A DNA stretch of 64,000 nucleotides. It comes from an uncultured Methanosarcinales archaeon. Its GTDB lineage: Archaea > Nanobdellota > Nanobdellia > Woesearchaeales > ARS49. Under the pieces are notes generated by a model. The model made no database searches and was not told the origin of the DNA. It saw only the letters and a list, made by a program, of their open reading frames with translations. The stretch covers positions 127,340 through 191,339 of the forward strand of contig CAZWVL010000001.1 of NCBI GenBank assembly GCA_964637115.1, in the 5' to 3' direction. A program made the position numbers and the translations under genes. Of the stretch, positions 6,963 through 16,471 are shown in pieces (within the stretch, counting starts at the first letter, position 1; each line of letters begins with the position of its first letter).

Positions 6963-9660
6963 TTTGTGCAAGATCTTTCCAGCCAATGTAATTGATCAGG
7001 AAGTTACGGAGTCTAGATATGTTGAGATCCTCAAGGCGTCTCTTCACATAACCCATATGATGTGTCTTGTCGGACAACAAGTCTTCACAGAACGCTTTGT
7101 ATTTGCTATATGCTTTAAGAGTCTGATAATTGTCTTTTCGTTCGCTTCCCTCAAGCTTGTCCAAGCGGTCATATTCCTGTTTAAACGTTCCAAGCGGTTT
7201 GTAACGCTCGAGTTCTGGGTACTTCTTTTCCATTTGGCTTATCACTTGGCTTACAAGTTCCACCTCACCGTCTTTGTCACCGACAATTGTCATATGCCTG
7301 AACAATGATTCGATCTGCTGCAGGCGCCTGAACTTATCAAGCGTGAAATTTGGCTGGATGCGCGGAAGATAAGTTGTAAGCAATTCGCGTATGTTTGCCC
7401 TGCGCTTGCCGTTGGTTTCTGTGTCCAGCACTGCAGTCGCCCTCTGCTTGAAATCATCATACGCCTTGTGCCGCTCCTCAGATATCTGTTCTGCGCAATT
7501 TTTCCAGTATCCCTGCAGGCGGTCAATGACAATTCGCGCGAGCCACCTGTTAAGCAAATAATCAGTCATAACTGATTTAGAAGGCGTGTTAAACCCGACC
7601 AGTTCGTGCTCAACCGCAGTAATCGCGTCTGCAATACCAAGACGTTTGTCCCTGTTCTCAAGATCAACGCGCGATTTCCTGCTGTGCGTAATCAAGTCCA
7701 CGTGAATGTTTGGATTTTCACCCGTATACTCAACCAGATAATTGCGGATGTTGCTGTCGGTATAGAACAGCCAGAGCCACTCAGGAGAACGCAGAAGCTC
7801 ATCTTCCAAATTGCTGAGTATATATCTCAATTCTTTTTTCTTTTCTCTTCCCAAAAGAATGCGCGGTTTCCTTTCATCCTGCAAAGTCGCTGGGCGGATT
7901 TCGCCTTCAACAAGCTTGGTAAAAACGCGCTTGATGTAAAAGCCGACTTGACGATAGCGGGTGCCTCCCAGATGTATCGCATGCCTCGTTTTTCGCACGT
8001 CAGTCAAATTTGTCAAATGTTCTGTTCCAACAACCTGAAGCTTTGCACAGGCATCAATAACCCACTCCAGATGCCCGACTTTTGTTTCATCAATGCTTGC
8101 CTTGAGCTTTTTCTCAGCTTCAGGATCTTTTGCGAGTGCGTTCAGGTCCTCAAAGTATTTCGCCAGCTGCCTGCCGCGCACGCGTGGCATTATTTCGAAA
8201 ATGTCATAGAACTCAGTGTCTGATGGCTTTCCCAGCAAAGTTGCAGAGCCAGGCAGTCCGAGCTGTTCTTCTTCAGCGCCAATCTTGATTTTCAGTTTGT
8301 CGGCCTCTCCGGCAAGCTCGTTAAGATTCTTGCATTCATTTAATGCACGGTCAACGCTCACTGGAGCTTTATAACGCTTGGCGACCAAGTCATCGCTCAG
8401 CTCATATACCCTGTTCAGGCCTGTCAGCTGCATAAGGCGTGAACCCTGCACATTAACTTCGCGCTGGTCAAAAATCTGCACGATTTCCAATTCAACATTT
8501 GAGCGCGGCGTCAAGGGTTCGGAAAGAGGATCGGCCTGCTTGATGATGCGCTTGATTAAATCATTCGCCCTTGCCGCATTTTCAGGCGAACCCTCAAGAA
8601 CATACGCCTGCACCAAATATGCGAGCGCGTCATAATTGTAGTATGCACGCGGATCTGATTTCATGTACTCGTGCAGGTGGCCAAGGCCTTGCTGCAGGAG
8701 CACCTCATTATCTTTCTTTGTCTGTGCGCGCTTTGATATCGGAGTGATGGCATTTTTCTCATCATAAAGAATTACAAACGCCTTGCCCAGCAGGTAGCTA
8801 ATTTCTGTAACTGAAGAGGCTTTTCTCTTCTCCTGCAGGAAACCGATAAGCCCTTCCAAACCGTCAGAGAATTCCTTTGGCAGCGCATCCCTGCGCATTT
8901 TACGGCGCAGGAGCAATCCAGCATATGCAGTTATTGAACGCATCTCATAGCGGTGAATTTGCAATATCTGCGAATACAGAGCAACTGCTTCCCTCCACAT
9001 CCCTTTCCTTCGCTTCCATTCTGCTTCTTCGCGCATCTTCGGGATGTCTCGTCCTTGCTCTTCGGAATCATCTATGCGTACGCGCACCACGGTATCGTGC
9101 TGCGAATGCTGTTCAGCTAGCCGCAATTCTCCGAAAATTTGATCAAGATCTTGATGGACTTTCAAAACGGGCGGGAAAGTGTGCGCAGGATAATTTTTGA
9201 ATGTTGTATTAAACTCGGTTTCACGGTGAGTTATTGAAATGCATGGCGTCACTGTTTTTTCCAGGATGTTTTGAACGACCATGAAGCGCTCCCGTCCTTC
9301 TTCCGCGCTTTCGTACCCTGCGATTATGCCTGTAAGATGAAACTCTTCAGTCAACCTGTCATTGTAAAACTTCGTAAGTTCTTCAACAGTATGTCCTGGA
9401 ATAACGCGATAATTTTCAGCGCTTAATCTAAGTTTTAGCGCCTCGGCAAGCTTCTGATTAGGTTCAGAGATGAGAACAGATTTCTTTGTGTGTTCCATAA
9501 ACAGCGCCATCGATTCTTTAATCATTGTTTTTTCATCAGTAGAACGACTTCTCAGAACATATTCAACGCGACGTGTGATCTTTCTAAGCTCCTCAGCCGC
9601 TTCTGAGTTGAGCGTGAACATCGCGATTATTTTCTCTTCTAAAGATGGCGTATCACTCAT
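6946..9660 (-). CDS. About 900-aa multidomain protein: receiver-like + TPR + protein-kinase-like (APH-type) domain
   Basis: VLISEPNQKLAEALKLRLSAENYRV (receiver-like); WREAVALYSQILQ (TPR-like); VAKRY...LNEC...IMPRVRG...YTDSNIRNY...HVDL (kinase-like fold). Confidence 0.55.
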   Translation of the reverse strand: MSDTPSLEEKIIAMFTLNSEAAEELRKITRRVEYVLRSRSTDEKTMIKESMALFMEHTKKSVLISEPNQKLAEALKLRLSAENYRVIPGHTVEELTKFYNDRLTEEFHLTGIIAGYESAEEGRERFMVVQNILEKTVTPCISITHRETEFNTTFKNYPAHTFPPVLKVHQDLDQIFGELRLAEQHSQHDTVVRVRIDDSEEQGRDIPKMREEAEWKRRKGMWREAVALYSQILQIHRYEMRSITAYAGLLLRRKMRRDALPKEFSDGLEGLIGFLQEKRKASSVTEISYLLGKAFVILYDEKNAITPISKRAQTKKDNEVLLQQGLGHLHEYMKSDPRAYYNYDALAYLVQAYVLEGSPENAARANDLIKRIIKQADPLSEPLTPRSNVELEIVQIFDQREVNVQGSRLMQLTGLNRVYELSDDLVAKRYKAPVSVDRALNECKNLNELAGEADKLKIKIGAEEEQLGLPGSATLLGKPSDTEFYDIFEIMPRVRGRQLAKYFEDLNALAKDPEAEKKLKASIDETKVGHLEWVIDACAKLQVVGTEHLTNLTDVRKTRHAIHLGGTRYRQVGFYIKRVFTKLVEGEIRPATLQDERKPRILLGREKKKELRYILSNLEDELLRSPEWLWLFYTDSNIRNYLVEYTGENPNIHVDLITHSRKSRVDLENRDKRLGIADAITAVEHELVGFNTPSKSVMTDYLLNRWLARIVIDRLQGYWKNCAEQISEERHKAYDDFKQRATAVLDTETNGKRRANIRELLTTYLPRIQPNFTLDKFRRLQQIESLFRHMTIVGDKDGEVELVSQVISQMEKKYPELERYKPLGTFKQEYDRLDKLEGSERKDNYQTLKAYSKYKAFCEDLLSDKTHHMGYVKRRLEDLNISRLRNFLINYIGWKDLAQNDKST

Positions 9661-9795
9661 GCAGTACAAGTCAGGTATCTAAGATACCTCCCCCTTGGTT
9701 ACTATTGCTAAGTTACTAATACTGGAGCGCCATTTATAAAGTTTTCCTAGTCTGAGCAATAGATTTAAATACCCAAACTTCTTACATTTATTTGA

Positions 9796-10110
9796 GTGAA
9801 GATGATAACGGGGGTAAGCATGACGGGTCCAGGTACACCAGACACTTCAATAGACATTTATGTAGCTGCGCTTACGCCTGAAGAAAAGAAAGCAATGTAT
9901 GACTTGATTATGCATCGCGAAAAAACAAAAAAGACCTGGCCAGAGTTGCGCGAATCTTATCAGCGTACTGCTGATCAGATAGTTCTGTTCAGTATGCGTG
10001 GTGATTTAGAAAAAGACATTCAGCGCATTGATATACTTTCCACTTTTGAAAGCAAATATGGCGATGTTTCAAAATATTTCGCGAATGGCAAGAACGGAAA
10101 CGGCCATTAG
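9796..10110 (+). CDS. Hypothetical protein
   Basis: 104-aa ORF behind a TATA-like TTTAAATA element; no recognised motif. Confidence 0.55.
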   Translation: MKMITGVSMTGPGTPDTSIDIYVAALTPEEKKAMYDLIMHREKTKKTWPELRESYQRTADQIVLFSMRGDLEKDIQRIDILSTFESKYGDVSKYFANGKNGNGH

Positions 10111-10172
10111 TTCTTTCTTTTCAGTAGTAACAGACCGAAAAGCATATAAACCCTCGACGGAGACCTATATCC

Positions 10173-10997
10173 ATGATTGAACTCGATGTGGCTGTTGAAC
10201 TGGCGCAGAAAGCAGGCAAGCGCATAATGGAGTTATACAACGACACAACTGCGGGCATCCAGGAATGGGCAAAATTAGATCATTCAATTCTAACGCAGGC
10301 CGATGTTGATTCCAACCGCATAATTCTGGAAGGCTTGAAAGACGCGTTTCCAAGATACGCCGTTCTAAGCGAGGAAAGTGTTGACGACAAGAGAAGACTT
10401 TCCAGCGATGATTTATGGATTGTCGACCCATTGGACGGCACAAAAGACTTCAAAGGAGGAACAGGAGATTTTTCAGTACTGATAGCGTACGCCTGGCAAA
10501 AACATCCTATTGTTGCTGTCGTTTATGCGCCGGCTCTTGGCAAACTATACACTGCAGAGCTCGGAGGCGGTGCATATCTTCTTGAAAAAGGACAACAAAC
10601 AAGATTGAAAGTCTCATCTCATCCGCTTGAAGAAGCAATCATCACGCTCAGCAGAAAAGAATTTGCTCCAGATGCGGCAGAAGCAGTCAGACAACTCCTT
10701 GGAATGAAGGGATTCATACAAGCAGGCAGCATGAGCATCAAAGTCGGATACATTACGGAAGGCAAAGGAGACCTTTACGTAAATAACGATCCCGGCGCGG
10801 GCGAATGGGATTCATGCGCACCAGATCTTATCCTGACAGAAGCGGGTGGCAAAATAACTGACTACGATGGCAAACCAATCGCCTACAATAAAGAAGACCC
10901 GCACATGCCGCGCGGCATTGTTTGTTCAAACGGACCAATTCATGATGACATCCTAAAAAAGATTGAACCGATAATCCCACTCAAGCGGACATCGTGA
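10173..10997 (+). CDS. Inositol monophosphatase / CysQ-like 3'(2'),5'-bisphosphate nucleotidase, copy 1
   Basis: LSEE, WIVDPLDGTKDF and WDSCAPDLILTEAGG motifs. Confidence 0.9.
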   Translation: MIELDVAVELAQKAGKRIMELYNDTTAGIQEWAKLDHSILTQADVDSNRIILEGLKDAFPRYAVLSEESVDDKRRLSSDDLWIVDPLDGTKDFKGGTGDFSVLIAYAWQKHPIVAVVYAPALGKLYTAELGGGAYLLEKGQQTRLKVSSHPLEEAIITLSRKEFAPDAAEAVRQLLGMKGFIQAGSMSIKVGYITEGKGDLYVNNDPGAGEWDSCAPDLILTEAGGKITDYDGKPIAYNKEDPHMPRGIVCSNGPIHDDILKKIEPIIPLKRTS

Positions 10998-11818
10998 AAA
11001 TGACAGAACTCGACATCGCGGTTGAACTGACAAAAAAGGCAGGACAAAGGATAATTGAAATATACGACGCAGGAGATGTCATTGCTTGGCAAAAATCTGA
11101 CAGAACATTCCTGACTCAGGCTGATGTTGATTCAAACGACATTATCGTGGACGAATTGAAGAAGATATTTCCCTCGCACGCCATTCTTTCTGAAGAAGAG
11201 GAGGACAACAGGAGCAGACTCTCCAACGAGCATCTCTGGATTTTCGATCCGCTTGACGGAACTTCTGATTTCAGAAGCAGAACAGGAGATTTCGCTGTCA
11301 TGATTGCTTATGCTCACAAAAACGAGCCAGTATTCGGCGTTGTATATGTTCCAGTACGCGACCAGTTATACACTGCAGAAAAAGGAAAAGGCGCGTTCCT
11401 TACTGAAAGCGGAAGCACCAGACGGCTACGTGTAATACCACGCCTTCTGGAAGAATCAGTCATCGTATTAAGCAGAAAGGAATTCACACCAGAAGAAGCA
11501 CAAGAAGTTGGGCGCAAATACGGAGCAAAAGGCGCCATTCAGTCAGGAAGTTTTGGTGTAAAAGTAGGCCTAATAGCAGAAGGGAAAGCAGACTTTTACA
11601 TCAACAACGACACCAATGCAGGTGAATGGGACAGCGCTGCACCCGGGCTCATTCTGAAAGAAGCTGGAGGAACAATCACTGATTACGATGGCAAATTGCT
11701 AGCATATAACAAACCCGACCCCCACTTGCCGCGGGGAGCAATATGCAGCACGGGCCGAATACACGAAGATATCCTTAAAGCAGCCGAGAAATACGCACCA
11801 CTCAAGCCGCGCAAGTAA
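10994..11818 (+). CDS. Inositol monophosphatase / CysQ-like nucleotidase, copy 2
   Basis: LSEE, WIFDPLDGTSDF and WDSAAPGLILKEAGG; colinear with copy 1 over its full length. Confidence 0.9.
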   Translation: MKMTELDIAVELTKKAGQRIIEIYDAGDVIAWQKSDRTFLTQADVDSNDIIVDELKKIFPSHAILSEEEEDNRSRLSNEHLWIFDPLDGTSDFRSRTGDFAVMIAYAHKNEPVFGVVYVPVRDQLYTAEKGKGAFLTESGSTRRLRVIPRLLEESVIVLSRKEFTPEEAQEVGRKYGAKGAIQSGSFGVKVGLIAEGKADFYINNDTNAGEWDSAAPGLILKEAGGTITDYDGKLLAYNKPDPHLPRGAICSTGRIHEDILKAAEKYAPLKPRK

Positions 11819-11859
11819 CGACAGCAACCTTTAAAAAGATACTTCTGATTTTTAGCACT

Positions 11860-13332
11860 ATGCCAACAGAAGAAGAACTCATAGCAGAACGCAAGAGAAA
11901 AAGAGAAGAACTCTTGAAATTGGGAATTAATCCTTATCCTTACAAATACGAGCCGACGCACAAGTCAAACGAGCTTCTTGACAAGTACAAAGGATTGCAG
12001 CCTGAACAAAGAACTACTGATACAGTGAAAGTTGCGGGAAGAATTGTTGGTCTTAGAAGAATGGGCAAAGCGACATTCATGCACTTGCTTGACCAAAACG
12101 GAAAAGTGCAGATTTATTTCAAGTTTGATGACATTCCTAAGATTTACGAACAATTGAAACTAATGGACCTGGGAGACTGGTTAGGTGTTGAAGGAACAGT
12201 TTTCAAAACAAAAACAGGCGAGATAACAGTCTGGGCGAATAATTTTGAGATTCTCTGCAAAGCACTGCGCCCGCTGCCAGAGAAATGGCACGGACTAACT
12301 GACATTGAACAAAGGTACAGAAAAAGATACGTTGACTTGTTTGTAAACCCGGAAGTGCGCAAGACATTCTTCCAACGCACTAAGATACTTAATTCACTTA
12401 GGAATGAACTTGACAAAAGAGGATTCCTTGAAGTTGAAACACCAATCCTCCAGCCAATTTATGGTGGAGCTGCCGCAAAACCGTTTAAGTCGCACTTGAA
12501 CTCATTAAAAATGGACGTTTTTTTAAGAATTGCGCCAGAGTTGTATTTGAAACGATTGATTGTCGGCGGAATTGAACGGGTCTATGAGATAGGTAAGCTC
12601 TTCCGCAACGAAGACATAGACAGGACACATAATCCGGAGTTTAGTTCTATTGAAATTTACCAAGCATATGCAGACTTTAATGACGTAAGAGTACTTACCG
12701 AAGACCTATGGGTGGCAGCTGCAAAAGCAATTCATGGAAGCACAAAGTTTGAATTCCAAGGACAAGTCATAGATGTAAAAAAGCCATGGCAAACCTACAC
12801 GATGGTGGAAGCACTGAAAAAGTTTGCAGGCATTGATTCTGAAAAGTTAACAATGCAGGACATGAACAAACTCTGTCAGCAGCACAAGTTGCAAGTTGTT
12901 GCCAATCCGTCAAAAGGACAGTTAATTCAAGCCCTATTTGAAGAACTTGTTGAAGATAAACTAATACAACCAACATTCATCACACACCATCCTGTAGAAA
13001 GCACGCCTTTATGCAAACCGTGCAGAGAAGACCACCTGAAAGAACACTTTATTGAACGTTTTGAAGGATACATAGCAGGCATGGAAATAGCAAATGCATA
13101 CTCAGAATTAAATGATCCAGTGTTGCAAAGATCACTTCTTGAAGCGCAGGCAAAAGAACTCCGCGCAGGCAGCGAAGAAGCACACCCAATGGACGAAGAC
13201 TTCATCGAAGCAATAGAATACGGAATGCCGCCAACCGGCGGCTTTGCCATCGGACTAGACAGAATGATAATGCTCCTGACAAACAATCCAAGCATTAGAG
13301 ACGTACTATTTTTCCCATTTATGAAACAGTGA
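11860..13332 (+). CDS. lysS: Class II lysyl-tRNA synthetase
   Basis: OB-fold N-terminus, ETPILQ..GGAAAKPF, LRIAPELYLKRLIVGG, FRNE...HNPEF, YGMPPTGGFAIGLDR. Confidence 0.96.
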   Translation: MPTEEELIAERKRKREELLKLGINPYPYKYEPTHKSNELLDKYKGLQPEQRTTDTVKVAGRIVGLRRMGKATFMHLLDQNGKVQIYFKFDDIPKIYEQLKLMDLGDWLGVEGTVFKTKTGEITVWANNFEILCKALRPLPEKWHGLTDIEQRYRKRYVDLFVNPEVRKTFFQRTKILNSLRNELDKRGFLEVETPILQPIYGGAAAKPFKSHLNSLKMDVFLRIAPELYLKRLIVGGIERVYEIGKLFRNEDIDRTHNPEFSSIEIYQAYADFNDVRVLTEDLWVAAAKAIHGSTKFEFQGQVIDVKKPWQTYTMVEALKKFAGIDSEKLTMQDMNKLCQQHKLQVVANPSKGQLIQALFEELVEDKLIQPTFITHHPVESTPLCKPCREDHLKEHFIERFEGYIAGMEIANAYSELNDPVLQRSLLEAQAKELRAGSEEAHPMDEDFIEAIEYGMPPTGGFAIGLDRMIMLLTNNPSIRDVLFFPFMKQ

Positions 13333-13336
13333 TACA

Positions 13337-13675
13337 ATGAACAAAATAATCTTAGGACTAACGGCCAGAGTAGTGCTCTTTGGCAAAAATGGAAAAAAAG
13401 AAGTGATTGCAAGAGTTGACACAGGAGCAACAAAGAGCAGCATAGACCGAGATTTAGCAAAGGAACTTGACTTGGGGCCTACATTAACGCATACGAGAAT
13501 AAAAAGCGCGCACGGCACAAGATACAGGCCTGTCGTGACTTCCGATGTGCTTATTGGTGGTCAGATGATACACGCAGAATTCAACATCGCAGAAAGAGAA
13601 CACATGAAATACAAAGTACTAATAGGACAGAACATTTTAAAAAAGGGCTTCCTGATAGACCCGAGCAAACCATGA
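13337..13675 (+). CDS. RimK-associated retropepsin-like protease
   Basis: ARVDTGA catalytic motif and C-terminal VLIGQNIL; overlaps the rimK-like start. Confidence 0.8.
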   Translation: MNKIILGLTARVVLFGKNGKKEVIARVDTGATKSSIDRDLAKELDLGPTLTHTRIKSAHGTRYRPVVTSDVLIGGQMIHAEFNIAEREHMKYKVLIGQNILKKGFLIDPSKP

Positions 13676-14745
13676 AAGCAGCACTTATTTCACTCGGAAG
13701 TATTTCTTCGCGCTGGACAATAGAAGCGCTGAAAAAACACTTTGATACAGTAGACCACATAGACATCCAAGAATTAGAAGTTTCTCTGGGTGGCAAGAAA
13801 GGACAAGTATTGTACCAAGGCAAACCACTGCCAGAATACGACTGCATCTACGCAAAAGGAAGCTTCAGATACGCAACACTTTTGCGGGCAGTAACCACTT
13901 TACTCCAAAAAACAACTTACATGCCCCTGAAAGCAGCATCATACACAATTGGGCATGACAAAGTCTTGACTCATTTGAAATTCCAAGAAAACAATGTTCC
14001 GCAGCCAACAACATACTTAGCTTCAACAGCTGATGCGGGCAAGAAAATAATCAAAAAAGCGACCTTTCCTGTAGTAATGAAGCTTCCAGCAGGCACGCAC
14101 GGCAAAGGAGTAATGCTTGCGGACAGCGTGGAAAGCGCGAGCTCAATGATAGACGCACTGGCTCTGCTAAAACAACCATTCCTGATACAAGAATACATTG
14201 AAACAGATGGCCGCGATTATCGCGTTATTGTAGTAGGAGACAAGGTAGCTGCAGCAATGAAAAGAGTGGCTGCAAAAGGAGAAAAAAGAGCAAACATACA
14301 TTCAGGTGGCCACGGAGAAAAAGTAGAGCTTGACGAAAAAACAGCAAAAATAGCCATTTCCGCCGCAAGGGCAACTGGGTGCGATATCTGCGCTGTAGAC
14401 ATCTTAAAATCACCAAAGGGCCCCTTGGTGCTTGAAGTAAATTTGTCGCCAGGACTGCAAGGTATCACTAAAGTTACGAAAATAGACGTTGCAAAAATCA
14501 TCGCTGATTTTCTCTTCAAGCAGACAAAGGTATTCAGAGAAGGCGGCAAGGAAGCAATACTGCGAGAACTCGCAGCAGAGCAGGAAATACACGGTCCATT
14601 AGACTTCAAAGGAAACAGGATATTGCTCCCAGAAATAGTCACAATGGCATCAAAAATAAAAGAAGACGATGAAGTCATGCTCAAAGCAAAGAAAGGACAT
14701 ATAGAAATAACAAAAACAGGTTCTGTGGAAAAAGGAAAGGAATAA
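13672..14745 (+). CDS. rimK: RimK-family ATP-grasp ligase with C-terminal AbrB-like extension
   Basis: GTHGKGV, LIQEYI, DYRVIVVG, RANIHSGG, AVDIL, LEVNLSPG. Confidence 0.85.
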   Translation: MKAALISLGSISSRWTIEALKKHFDTVDHIDIQELEVSLGGKKGQVLYQGKPLPEYDCIYAKGSFRYATLLRAVTTLLQKTTYMPLKAASYTIGHDKVLTHLKFQENNVPQPTTYLASTADAGKKIIKKATFPVVMKLPAGTHGKGVMLADSVESASSMIDALALLKQPFLIQEYIETDGRDYRVIVVGDKVAAAMKRVAAKGEKRANIHSGGHGEKVELDEKTAKIAISAARATGCDICAVDILKSPKGPLVLEVNLSPGLQGITKVTKIDVAKIIADFLFKQTKVFREGGKEAILRELAAEQEIHGPLDFKGNRILLPEIVTMASKIKEDDEVMLKAKKGHIEITKTGSVEKGKE

Positions 14746-14756
14746 TTGACTGTTTT

Positions 14757-15218
14757 TTATTTGGTATGAGTTACTTCGTAATATAATATTCCATATGAAC
14801 TGCTACCTGGTCTCTTGACAAGTTTAAAATATTCTTCTGTCGGGCGTTTTTGTCTGGAAACATCAAAGGTAAGCTCCACAACCTGGCCTTCTACGCTTTC
14901 TCCCAATTCCCACTGCTTCAGTTGAAAGTTCCATTTCTGTAATGCATATTCCTCAACCGGCCCGTGTTGAACGTCAAAATTTCTTAAAACGCGCACGACA
15001 GCTTCAGGAGTGACTTCACTGAGCGCCTGCTTATCAAAAAGATTTGCTGCAGCCTCAAATTCGCCGTATGCAAGCCGGTCATACCATTCTTCCACTGTTA
15101 ACATTGCCTCATCTGCTTCCTTTTGACCAGTCTCAATCTGCTTTTGTGTGATTTGAGGAGTACAACCTGCAAGGAGAATGAAAAACCCTAGAAAGATTCC
15201 TAGTTGCAGCTTAATCAT
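14757..15218 (-). CDS. Putative lipoprotein (possible NTF2-like fold)
   Basis: Hydrophobic N-terminus ending in an LAGC lipobox. Confidence 0.6.
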   Translation of the reverse strand: MIKLQLGIFLGFFILLAGCTPQITQKQIETGQKEADEAMLTVEEWYDRLAYGEFEAAANLFDKQALSEVTPEAVVRVLRNFDVQHGPVEEYALQKWNFQLKQWELGESVEGQVVELTFDVSRQKRPTEEYFKLVKRPGSSSYGILYYEVTHTK

Positions 15219-15224
15219 AAGTTA

Positions 15225-15647
15225 CTAGCACTCGCCAATAACAATGGAGACAATCTCTCCGCCGCAGTTATCTGTGCAGACTCTCTCTGCAGCTTCTCTA
15301 GTAACTGAAGTAATTCCCTGCTCCATGCAGTTGCAAGTGTAACAACTCTGGTCAGGCAAACCTGTTTCTGCAGCCCTGCCTGCAGGGAAAGCAATAGTAC
15401 CCGGCGCTGAAACACCGCTAATGCTTCCTCCATATTCCTTTGCAGCAGGAATGACAAAATGGCCAGTAACAGGGCTTTCAGATTGGACTTCTGAGCTAAT
15501 CGCCTCGCCAGAGCTTGCCAATGGAAGATAAGCCTGGCCGGATGCAGAGTTGCCCGGTAAAAGATAGAATATAATGCCTCCCAGAGCAGTAACTGCTACT
15601 GCCAGGAAAATCAACAATTCCGCATTACCCTTTTTGGACACCATCAT
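15225..15647 (-). CDS. Class III signal peptide (pilin-like) surface protein with Cys-rich C-terminus
   Basis: SKKG|NAELLIFLAVAVTALGG; CYTCNC and CTDNC. Confidence 0.55.
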   Translation of the reverse strand: MMVSKKGNAELLIFLAVAVTALGGIIFYLLPGNSASGQAYLPLASSGEAISSEVQSESPVTGHFVIPAAKEYGGSISGVSAPGTIAFPAGRAAETGLPDQSCYTCNCMEQGITSVTREAAERVCTDNCGGEIVSIVIGEC

Positions 15648-15673
15648 TCATCACCTGCTTAATATGAAAATTT

Positions 15674-16159
15674 TTAAATGTATTGCTGCCTGAAAACACC
15701 TGGCGGCAAATCTTCTCTTGACACCTTAGGAATACCTTCTTTTTCCAATTCACGCGGATACGTCAACTCAGGACCCCCGCTCGCAATACTATTTTGCTGA
15801 ACCCTCAAATAATCAATATCATATTTCCCAGGAACCAATTGTGCACCGGCAACACGCCACTTGTTACGGCACCACGCCAAACACTGCTTAAGAAAATCAC
15901 CGCCTCTTCTTTCTAAATCCCATTCATGACGCGGTTTCTCTATAGGCGTGCCGTGACAGGTAGATTGACATTGAAGCAAACCATACTGCATTTCGCCTGG
16001 ACTGGGCATTGGAGGAACATACGCGGCACCCCAAGTGGACCTTAAGCTGAACATACCTTCTGCATTATTTTGAGGCAGCAAAACGTAGAATGCGCCTCCA
16101 AAAGCAATTACAACAATAACTAAGAATATCCACAACTCTACACTGCCTCTTTTATGCAT
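15674..16159 (-). CDS. Class III signal peptide (pilin-like) surface protein
   Basis: HKRG|SVELWIFLVIVVIAFGG; N-terminus similar to the neighbouring ORF. Confidence 0.55.
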   Translation of the reverse strand: MHKRGSVELWIFLVIVVIAFGGAFYVLLPQNNAEGMFSLRSTWGAAYVPPMPSPGEMQYGLLQCQSTCHGTPIEKPRHEWDLERRGGDFLKQCLAWCRNKWRVAGAQLVPGKYDIDYLRVQQNSIASGGPELTYPRELEKEGIPKVSREDLPPGVFRQQYI

Positions 16160-16196
16160 ATCCTGATTTCAGACGGTTTGATATAAAAAGCTTTCT

Positions 16197-16409
16197 TTAT
16201 CTATTGTGATTAAGGTGGATAACAAAACCAACAAACATAAACCAAATGACTATAAGGACTGCCATGAAAGGCGAAATAGGATCAGTGCCTGGAATACCCT
16301 GCAACGCTCCGCCAACCTGAATTGAAGAACTTGACGAAAGCCGCCAGAAAAGAAGGAATGCTGCACTGACAACAATAATCAATGCAGTATACAAATGAAC
16401 CTCTTTCAT
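16197..16409 (-). CDS. Small two-TM membrane protein
   Basis: Two hydrophobic segments; start could be at 16421. Confidence 0.55.
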   Translation of the reverse strand: MKEVHLYTALIIVVSAAFLLFWRLSSSSSIQVGGALQGIPGTDPISPFMAVLIVIWFMFVGFVIHLNHNR

Positions 16410-16471
16410 ATTGGTCTTCAAGAGCAGTTGTTATAAAAAGGTTTTTAATGTGCTGCCTGTCCGACGATAGC

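Noticed and set aside
16382-16471. N-terminal extensions of the dph6, 17604 and 18375 ORFs in the track
   Set aside because: They overlap neighbouring genes; downstream ATGs give canonical N-termini or lipoprotein signals.
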